Below, piece after piece: positions 52,601-60,021 of a DNA stretch of 64,000 nt; position 1 is the first letter of the stretch; each line of letters begins with the position of its first letter. Source of the DNA: Tubiluchus corallicola (Eukaryota; Animalia; Priapulida); contig JAQGDQ010000310.1 of NCBI GenBank assembly GCA_030141605.1, positions 62,001 through 126,000 on the forward strand, read 5' to 3'. The notes below the pieces were generated by a model. It searched no databases and was not told the DNA's origin. It saw only the letters and a list, made by a program, of their open reading frames with translations. Made by a program: the position numbers and the translations under genes.

Positions 52601-54396
52601 TTTGGGTTAATAGTGCAGTCAAAACGGATATAAGGGATACCTCCGGACCAGAAAAAATCGTCCCTTATATCGTATGCCCCTTGTAGCCGAAGTTGAGTCA
52701 GACTGAGGGTGTATCTAGACCTGTACTTTTACCCATATTTTGATGGATTATAGCTACACAACGCGAGATGTACGTGACCGCGGAAACCGAGCTGTTCGAA
52801 GGCCAGGTTTGTGAAAAGTTGAGGTTAAAAATCGATCAATTTCGCTTTGATCATAGGGTCGGTTACAAAAAATCGCGACCGGTGCTGATGGTCCCTTTTG
52901 AGTGTCTCTTATAAGCGGGTATCTTATACTCGAGGTTGACTGTATATTAAATGATAAATCGGCATCTTTCCCATGATAGTAAAAGATGGGAATATATGGT
53001 TTGTCAATGATAGCCTTGTCATTGTCGTTGCTGCCGTCAAACAAAGTGCCAATTTTATTAATTTGCCCCCCCCCCCCACCACCTCTTAAAATTACTTCTG
53101 TCGTACATATAAATTATGAACAGTAAGTTAGTAAAGTCTGCCTACTGTTCTTTGGTTTCCTCGTACCTGATAACTGATAAGGGATTCCTTTGTCAGTGAG
53201 CATACTGTATTGGTAATTGCTTTGTTACATTTCGCTTTGAGTAGTAACGTTTTTTCTTTTCACGGAGGCAGTTTAAGAAAGAATATTTGCTCCTTGGCCA
53301 GGATGGATAAAGAGTTAATTTGTGCAAATCAGTAAATGTGTTGCTTGCAAACCAAAATCGCTTGTAAGACGGCATAGTGAAAACTGCATTATGATGATTC
53401 TAAGTAGAATGACCGAAAAATTTGGTCAACAGTCAATTTTCTGTTTTTTATCAAAACAAATGCTGAATATATTGGAATTTTATATTCCAGCATCAAATTA
53501 TCAAGAAAAAGTTCAAAAAATACTAGAAATTTAATTTTATAACTCATTATCCACTTTTCTGGGTATAGAAACTAGTACTGCAATTGTAGAAAACTTGTAT
53601 TTGCAAACTCGGATAGTAGCTCGTTGAAGCTGTGATTTTGCTTCATCCTTTTTCTGTTGACAAACCCAAATCTGCGTCAGGGAGAGCCATCTACGGGATT
53701 TAAACATAACTTCAACGTACTTTTGCAAAGTCCATAGCAACCACAACTTCATGCGGTTGCTAAGTGTTTCGTAGAGACGCGGCAAAAAACAATGGCTGCT
53801 TTAACAGTGATTTTCTGAAGGTTACGTTTTTCATTGCATAACCTGCCCATGAACTTCAACGTGGAATATCTCAGCTTAGAAATAACATACAGCGATAAAC
53901 TTGGTATCAAAATAATCCTCATGAAATGGAGATTCAGGATATGTGAATAACTAGAAAATCTTAATTACCGAGTTATGGACGATTTTGCTATGCAAGCACA
54001 CGCTTATATTTGTTTGACTCACTTTTTAGCTGCTATTGAGCTATCTAAACAGCAAACTGAACAGCTAAAATAACCATAACTGGTCATTCGTTTGTAAACA
54101 CATATTATAAAAATTATAGAATGTCGATTTTCACTTATTTGTATTTCCAAAGCTTTGATATGTAAAAAAGATATGTAAATATCCCTGAGGAAGGAAAAAC
54201 GTTTTGATGGTTTTCGGCTGGCATAAATATGAAATTATTTATATATTTTTCATCATTCAAAGATTTTGTTTTATTGCAGCCTGAACAAGATCAACAACAG
54301 CTTGTGGATAAAGCCCAGGGCCAGGCACAGGTGCAAGGTCAATCTCAGGTTCAAGGTCAACCGCAAGGTCAAGCACAAGCACAAAATCAAGTATAA
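19687..54396 (+). CDS. NUCB: Nucleobindin (NUCB1/NUCB2 family EF-hand secretory-pathway protein), 13 coding exons, ~572 aa
   Basis: Exons 19687-19815, 20182-20289, 21967-22093, 24495-24592, 26663-26773, 28642-28719, 31941-32031, 35365-35423, 35903-36085, 37135-37245, 38821-39147, 39596-39775, 54280-54396; all GT-AG and in phase. Signal peptide, then [81 protein letters not shown], EF-hands DYNRDGFLDPRE and DANRDGLISLQEF, Gln-rich tail. The last exon is assigned on composition and phase (less certain). Confidence 0.93.
20361..20805. mobile_element. Tc1/mariner-pogo-type MITE, family 1
   Basis: TA|CAGTCAACCTCGG ... CCGAGGTTGACTG|TA with intact TIRs and TA duplication. Confidence 0.9.
21340..21792 (+). 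mobile_element. 5'-truncated RTE-type LINE (C-terminal end of RT ORF plus AG-rich tail)
   Basis: ILGIRWPKKISNKDLYEKIKEEPWTRKIKRRRLKCIGHMLRLPDDVPVKIAL is the typical post-RT C-terminus of RTE elements; stop followed by AAGAAAGAAAAGAAGAA. Confidence 0.85.
22790..24222. repeat. Long imperfect inverted repeat (two family B copies, arms ~22790-23355 and ~23645-24222)
   Basis: TTTTAAATCTCCCGCACTACTGTTCCGA (22801) vs TCGGAACAGTATTGCGGGAGATTTAAAA (24181); GCTGACTCACCCTCCAGGGTGCACCA vs TGGCGCACCCTGGAGGGTGAGTCAGC; the spacer resembles the inverse of 34440-34675. Confidence 0.88.
24879..25446. repeat. 56-58-bp minisatellite (~10 copies)
   Basis: Unit TGTATTATGTGTTATGTCTGTAGTTATCACTTTAACATCTAAGGTTGGGCAGTCAA. 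Confidence 0.95.
26283..26620. repeat. Foldback-type element: ~15-bp AAAAGTCACAGGTCA array followed by inverted TGTGACTTTT copies
   Basis: Direct reading; ends ~40 bp upstream of the NUCB exon 5 acceptor. Confidence 0.8.
26790..27344. mobile_element. Kolobok-like non-autonomous element, family A (inverted)
   Basis: Reverse complement of 4470-4953; ends CAATCGTCCGGTCTTCCTTTAA. Confidence 0.78.
27865..28465. mobile_element. Dispersed repeat family C (probable non-autonomous DNA transposon)
   Basis: Blocks GAAAGAATTATTAC, TTCGCGCCACTAGTTCTTC, GTGATGTCATCA.TAGTT, GAAAAATCAC recur at 39239-39375, 40430-41003 and 61340-61885. Confidence 0.75.
28708..31148 (+). repeat. 37-bp minisatellite (~66 copies) whose first unit is the NUCB exon 6 end and splice donor
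   Basis: Unit GTACACCATCCC|GTACGTATAGGGTTCACGTTTGTTT; GTA CAC CAT CCC encodes VHHP of nucleobindin. Confidence 0.97.
31578..31736. repeat. CT-rich microsatellite / low-complexity tract
   Basis: Direct reading. Confidence 0.9.
32209..32629. mobile_element. hAT-like MITE
   Basis: CAGGGATGAGAA ... TTCTCATTCCTG inverted termini. Confidence 0.55.
32716..33446. mobile_element. Family 2 MITE (inverted)
   Basis: Reverse-complement similarity to 8016-8731; TA-flanked, ends AAGACTTACTG|TA. Confidence 0.82.
33786..34171. mobile_element. Tigger/pogo-like MITE
   Basis: TA|CAGTGTTCCCTCACTACTTCGCGG ... CCGCGATAAGTGAGGGAACATTG. Confidence 0.8.
34895..35177 (-). mobile_element. Possible Helitron-type non-autonomous element 5' end
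   Basis: Minus strand starts A|TCTATTATATTAATATT followed by a (TA)-rich microsatellite and a GC-rich core; CTRR 3' end not found. Confidence 0.45.
37297..38025. mobile_element. Tc1/mariner-pogo-type MITE, family 3
   Basis: TA|CAGTAGGCGCAGCTTAAGAGACTCAC ... GTGAGTCTATTAAGCGGCACCTACTT. Confidence 0.75.
38318..38729. mobile_element. hAT MITE with 8-bp target-site duplication
   Basis: ACTATAAT|CAGGGGCGTAT ... ATATGCCCCTG|ACTATGAT. Confidence 0.88.
40430..41003. mobile_element. Dispersed repeat family C
   Basis: Colinear with 27865-28465. Confidence 0.75.
41432..41810. repeat. ~129-bp tandem repeat (3 copies)
   Basis: AATAGCAGCTATT recurs at 41434, 41563 and 41692 with shared body ACGAGGGTCTC..TGGATGAGAATGTAATGG. 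Confidence 0.92.
42600..43565 (+). CDS. Single-exon class A (rhodopsin-like) orphan GPCR nested in NUCB intron 12
   Basis: 321 aa, seven hydrophobic segments; TM1 Asn (VVLNAF), TM2 NLAVAD, TM3 SIDRYLAVIYPLHY, TM4 Trp, TM5 FVYGRILKIV, TM6 CFFP; TM7 has IMFVY instead of NPxxY. Confidence 0.92.
   Translation: MRVTTRPCLSSLKWQASETISLFLICSALVILCVVFVVLNAFAAVAFVAVDSLRTTANAFLANLAVADTLTGCLLLQLFIVRGILAKEMSLPYCAMNLVGFFTSFTGTLVTEILVSIDRYLAVIYPLHYPTICTFKRVTIVILASWIYCLLIGFVSLTRLLEEPKRRIGICYIIDEIDSRFTFFFFTHYVLLVVVMIFVYGRILKIVLRHSRRTIPALPDQQSTGLSMTEQLKSAVLVFTVTLIATVCFFPLFFHSLMRHITGSHGSGWIMRVSHFFGIFKGILIMFVYFWKVKKLREIFLKLMCWKYGETYLPSSNPSSN
43836..50677. repeat. 40-bp minisatellite (~170 copies, 6.8 kb)
   Basis: Unit TTAAAGATTTTGTCGCATGTGAGTGTACTACCTGTTGTGT with variants TCGC/TCGT/TGGT/TAGT. 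Confidence 0.98.
51845..51985 (-). mobile_element. LINE (L2/CR1-group-like) 3' end
   Basis: Minus strand: stem-loop (GGACGGC..GACC-TTCTT-GGTC..GCCATCC), then AAATAAA and (TTGAA)4 tail. Confidence 0.6.
52616..52942. mobile_element. Family 1 MITE (inverted, internally deleted)
   Basis: Reverse-complement match to 20361-20805; ends CGAGGTTGACTG|TA. Confidence 0.8.
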
Positions 54397-55896
54397 CAGG
54401 AGGAAGTACTAGCATCATTGAATTAACGGACCGTTTTTGGAGACAGAATTTCATCGAGTTTAAATTTAAAGAACAAATTTTTGGAATATTTTCTATTTCT
54501 GTTAATAGATGACATTTGATTCATGCATGTATATGTGACATTTATATTTGTACTGAAAGCAAATCTTATGTGCCAGTAACGATCAGCCTGAAATCCTAAC
54601 GAAATAGTAGCTTAAGTGTAAGGGAAACACACTGATATTGATACTTTTGAGATATTCAAATGTGACAAATGAACCATCTGATAGAAATCATGAGATATTA
54701 GCTTTTTAGCATTTGAAATCTGTTGTAGCTGGGAATCTTCTTGCCTGATCTTCTTGTCTCCTTCTTTTTGCTTGGATAGGTCACTGTTTTTTATTGAATT
54801 TTTGCGTAGAAATAAATTTACCTTATCTATTTTTGTAGGCATCTTTTCACACTTGTACAAACATAGTATTTAGTTTGTTTCCTTGCTTCCTAGGTTCTGT
54901 GGTAATCTACTTTGGTCTCATGCTCTTTACATAAAAATATTTTTGTGAGCAAATATTTTGCAGCCATTTTCTCAAGAGCAGCAGCAGACTTTATTTTTAT
55001 GTAATTAAATAAACTTGTGTAGCTAAACATTTACGTTTCTAATAAGCCTTTTTCACAATTTCGCTGTGCTCACGCGCGGCTGCTGTAGCTCAAAGGTTGA
55101 GTGTACCAGAGCAACATGTCAACATGACATGTGTGTGAAGCAAAGCCGTCTGCTGCATCAGTTCAGCGACTTCAGTTGTTTTACGTGGACCTTTCTTAAT
55201 TATCCATTAGTCTGGGCATAGAGTGATTTACTAGCAGGATCTTGCTTGGGAACAAGAAGAAATGAACTAGGCAAGGCTCTAGCTATGTTAAAGCTATTAC
55301 TATTACAAAAGCTTGGGCTGCGAGGCATTGTCAAGTGCGTACACAAATGCATTGTCTGATACACTTAACCTTTGACCTTTTTGCGATCATCATCAATCGC
55401 TAGCACTGTGAAAAGGTTTATTCCAGCTACTGTTTAGTTGGAAAATGCCGCCTTGCTTGCTATCATGTTCTGATTACCGCTTGTGATATGTTTTGTTACT
55501 GTTTTATGAGCTAATTAAATTATAGGAAAAAGAAAGAGATTCCGCGCCTAAATGTAGCGTTAGGTATTTATTTTTAGTGCCGAGCAGTTTGCTTTTTATC
55601 AGTAGTTTGAAAAGATGAACATAATGCTGTTACGTAATTTATGTATATAATGTACACATGTACATATTAACTATGGAAAAGAACAACGTGTTAGGAAAGC
55701 TAGGGTTTTCATAAAATCACATCTTGTACCTGCCACAGCTGTTGTTGTAACTGTATTTTAGATGCTCTCACCTAAACATGCTTTCTTACATCTGACGGCT
55801 TGGCACACCTGCCATTACAGTATGCAGTGTTGCATACTAAATCTATGTAAGTTTCTTCTGTGAGCTTTATCATCGATTTACAGTAGAAATGTGATC

Positions 55897-56420
55897 TGTT
55901 GTAATACACAGAGAAGTGTGAGTCGCTTGTGTGAAACAGTTGAAACCGTGTTGTAATGCACAGAGAAGTGTGAGTCTCTTATGTGAAACAGTTGAAACCG
56001 TGTTGTAATGCATAGAGAAGTGTGAGTTTCTTGTGTGAAACAGTTGAAACCGTGTTGTAATGCACAGAGAAGTGTGAGTCTCTTGTGTGAAACAGTTGAA
56101 ACCGTGTTGTAATGCACAGAGAAGTGTGAGTCTCTTGTGTGAAACAGTTGAAACCGTGTTAAAATGCACAGAGAAGTGTGAGTATCTTGTGTGAAACAGT
56201 TGAACCCGTGTTAAAATGCACAGAGAAGTGTGAGTATCTTGTGTGAAACAGTTGAACCCGTGTTAAAATGCACAGAGAAGTGTGAGTATCTTGTGTGAAA
56301 CAGTTGAAACCGTGTGAAAATGCACAGAGAAGTGTGAGTATCTTGTGTGAAACAGTTGAAACTGTGTGAAAATGCACAGAGAAGTGTGAGTATCTTGTGT
56401 GAAGCAGTTGAAACCGTGTT
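55897..56420. repeat. 52-bp minisatellite (~10 copies)
   Basis: Unit TGTTGTAATGCACAGAGAAGTGTGAGTCTCTTGTGTGAAACAGTTGAAACCG. Confidence 0.96.
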
Positions 56421-57928
56421 GGGAAATCGATTTATAGTTTTATCTTTTTTTGTCGAGGTGGTAAACTGCATCTTCGGATTTATAAGCTGCAATTTGCTTA
56501 CCTTGCCTTAATTTTTGTAAAGAGGAACTTCTAGTTCAGTGTTTCACAGCCCTCTCAATTTCTATGTTGATACAAAATTATCGTGAATGCAAAATTGATG
56601 TGGCTTTGTAAGAATTCTGCTTTCCTAATGAGAGATGTTAGTTTATGTCTCAATGGTTGAGTCAGAAATTATTGTATCTACTTTAGATTATTTTTTGTTA
56701 CTAAACTTTGAAAATCTTGGTGTATTGATAATTCAATAAAGGGTTGTTTTTCTACGTATTTGTCTTTTTGTTTGTTTCTTGCAGTGGTAAAGGTGTCACT
56801 GTTATGATGTACTGTGGTAAGTGACATTATAGTTACTCTGTTCTGTGTTCTGATGAAGAGTTCCACAGATAGGAGACCAGATTGAAAATGTTTGGGTTCT
56901 ATGGTGACAAACAGAGTAATCAAGTACTGCTTAGTATAATATTTTATTGTTTGTGCACCATCATCACAGCACATGCCCCTGAAGTCATTTTGCTTCTTAT
57001 TTGACATGCATTGAGACGCCATTTCCCAAAATTATACATTTTATCTCGGAGTGAAATGCAAATTCTTTTAATAAACTAATTGATTTCTTATCAAAATGTC
57101 AATTACCATTAAGTGAAATTAATCCGAGACTTTCAGTATATAACTAAATAAAATTAAACAAAATCTACATACATCTTTGGCATCAAATCGTGAGTTACAC
57201 AGAGAATTTGTCAATACGTCATCACTGCTTTGAACACATTGAAACTTGAATGACAGGTATTTAAAACTAGGTCGCAAATATTGAAGCCAGATGTCACCAC
57301 CTTACAGGTAAGTTAACTTAATCTTATCAAAACGCACATTTAACTATTATTAGTTATACTGCTAGAACAAACTATTTTGGTTATTTAACAAACAAAAATC
57401 CTTGACAGAAAAACTGTTTCTAAGTGGTAGCCTCCATCAAAGAGGAATCCTAAGAGTACCTTCTATAAGTGTCACAAAAGTAGAACACAGTAAACTTATT
57501 TTCTACAGCAAGTGTTAGTTAAATGTTAGATAACGGCCATGATGGAGCAGGGCAAGGAGTCACCAAAGGGTCATCTAGTCTGCTGCACTTACATATAGGT
57601 AGGTTTAACAAAATTAGGTGGTGTCGCAGGTAACAAAATCAATAATTACAAAAGAAAAATATTTCAACAGTTGCAGTAATTGTCAATAAAGCACAAAACA
57701 AAAAAAAATTAACTTAAATATATAAATCTAAGCAAGAGAACAATTTGGTTTGGGGGGGGGGGGGGGCAAAAAAATTGGGAAGCAACACAATTAACCAAAA
57801 TTGATAAGAAGTGAAACGTTGGCTTGAACTAAAGAAAACAAATGATGAGTAATTACAACAGAAACAAAGATAAATAATAACAACAATCAAACTAACTCAA
57901 TCAGTACGTCAAAACAATAAAAACTAAA

Positions 57929-57959
57929 AGTAGCAGCAGCAGTAGTAGTAGTACTAGTA

Positions 57960-58012
<53 letters not shown>

Positions 58013-58019
58013 CTAGTAC

Positions 58020-58076
<57 letters not shown>

Positions 58077-58188
58077 CAGTGGCAGTAGCATTATTAGTTT
58101 TAGTCGTAGTAGCAGCACCAGTACTACTAGCAGCAGCAGCAGTAGCAATTACTATAGCAGTAGTGTAGCAGCAGCAGCAGCACTAGTA
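57929..58188. repeat. (AGT)n/(AGC)n microsatellite
   Basis: Direct reading. Confidence 0.95.
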
Positions 58189-58693
58189 CAATTTCTCAAT
58201 TACCTGAGCTAAGTTAACAAGCTGGGGCATCAGAGCATACTGATGCAGTTGTGGTGCACATACGTACACTATGGCTGAAATGTCCTGGACTCGATTTGTA
58301 ACATTATGAATCAGATATTTTCGGCCACGATATCAGCATCCCTGCATCCTTGTAACGGCACTAGCCATTCGTTCGGATTGAGGTTGGTTACTACGTCTTC
58401 AACGGGTGAAAATAATTTTAACGCATAACACAGTGAATCAAATTACACAAACGTCTTTATTGCTACAATACAGATGAAGAGATACAATGTCATTCCTAAA
58501 CAACGTAATCATATCACCGTCCAAACGTGTTGTAATTACTACAGTATCCGCTATATTTACTACATGAGTTCACCGTATTGCTATATTCACCGCATCACTA
58601 ACTTTTCACTGTCTCATTAACATATTTCATCATATTATTAACATAATTTTCAACGTATTACTAACTTATTCCACCGTAAAGGCAGGTGACTTG

Positions 58694-58785
58694 ACTCACC
58701 TCCGACCACCTACTCTTAACAACGGAAACCGAGAACAATGCCATGGAAACTACACATCCTGCTGCGCATGCGCGCATTATCCGAA
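58694..58785 (-). promoter_or_regulatory. Candidate housekeeping-type promoter with minus-strand first-exon donor
   Basis: NRF1-like TGCGCATGCGC (58763-73), ACTACAnnTCC motif (58749-59), X-box-like TGCCATGGAAAC (58739-50), CGGAA; minus-strand donor GAG|GTGAGT at 58700/58699. Confidence 0.5.
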
Positions 58786-60021
58786 AATGAAGGTGGCAGC
58801 ACCTTCAAATGAGATATTAGCAAAGATAGACAATGATGCATGGACAGCAGTTACAATCCTTTTTGACCTGTTAGTCACTTAGGCGTTTCTGTAAGATGCA
58901 TTTCCCGTTTAGATCATAATACTGTTGTTGCGATTATGGATGTTGCTCAAACATAATCTAAAGAAACGCTTAACGAAGTAAACCAGCTTTCATCAATTTA
59001 ATCCAACCGCTGTAGTACAGCCACATGATCATGTCGTCATATATTATATATCGTAACAACTGTAACTTGAAAATGAGCATGAGAGGTGGAACCATCCACT
59101 GGTTGTGGCTTAAGCACAGTAGAAGAGTAATGGCGAGCAATAGTCTTTTTTCCATGATTGAAAAGCCCTCGCTAATCAGGAAAACCCATTCTGTAGGCAA
59201 AGCATCTTAATTACTAGTAAATATTTTTTCTTCATGATTATTAAGGTTGGCTGATTTAGTAACTTGCGTTCTTTTGCCACCGTATCCTATATTCACTTAA
59301 TGCTAATACTGTAAGTAAATTGCATTAAAACTAGTTATAATGTTGGGAATAAATAACCTAAGATCTATATTCATAATCAAACTGCATACATGCTACAGTA
59401 ACCATAATTTATTGTCTTGACTTTGCAAAAAGGTCCTAGATAATAATGTAAGATTCTTAAGACTATAATAACACGGTTATTATAAGCTTCATGCACTTTT
59501 TTTTAAAAAAGTAGAAAATTTCATCACTTGTGTCATTTCGACAGATTGTCAAACCATTGGGATTTACTGTGCAATTTTACTGAGGCAAATTTGATTTAAT
59601 TTTTGAAGACATGTCCTTTGTGTTGAAACCGTTTCAGACATATGAACACAATGCAATACAAATATGTTTGAAAATGTATGTATTACAAACTGCATGCACG
59701 TAGCATTATTCAATAAAGTTTCAATAGATGCTTGACTGAACACAATGTTATAAAATCTTATAATTATTATTTGCGTAACATAGCATAAGCCATGCAGGCT
59801 TGTAAAATAGTAAAGTAATATATTTCTATAACAGAAATGTACTGTTATTACATTTTTAAGAATTCAGATTAAGCAGTGTCAGACTGAGTACAAATAAAAA
59901 ATTTATTAACATTGTGATGGAGAAGTTGCTGTCGGACCATGTGGTCGCGGAAACATGCTCAACTAATCACAGTGCACTTATTCCCTTGGAAACCCGGCCA
60001 ATCTTCACAATAATCACAAAT

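Larger units (their letters stand above)
54397..59915 (+). ncRNA. Candidate spliced, structured non-coding transcript (extended NUCB 3'UTR or separate lncRNA)
   Basis: Plus-strand donors at 55847, 57308, 57599, 59311, acceptors at 56784, 57508, 59834/59867, AATAAA at 59893; putative exons closed in all frames examined and rich in hand-foldable helices. Prediction only. Confidence 0.35.

Noticed and set aside
55870-56492. Minus-strand repetitive ORFs
   Set aside because: Translations of the 52-bp minisatellite.
56840-56910. Hammerhead ribozyme (CTGATGA...GAAA)
   Set aside because: No stem II pairing adjacent to the core and no GAAAC/GTH stem III.
58210-58250. Antizyme-like TGCTCTGATGCCCC on minus strand
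   Set aside because: Lacks TCC-TGA frameshift site; CSDAP frame stops after two more codons and no antizyme ORF2 follows.
54397-59915. Telomerase RNA
   Set aside because: No CTAACCCTAA template in the structured region; the only TAACCTAA (~59354) is in an AT-rich predicted intron.
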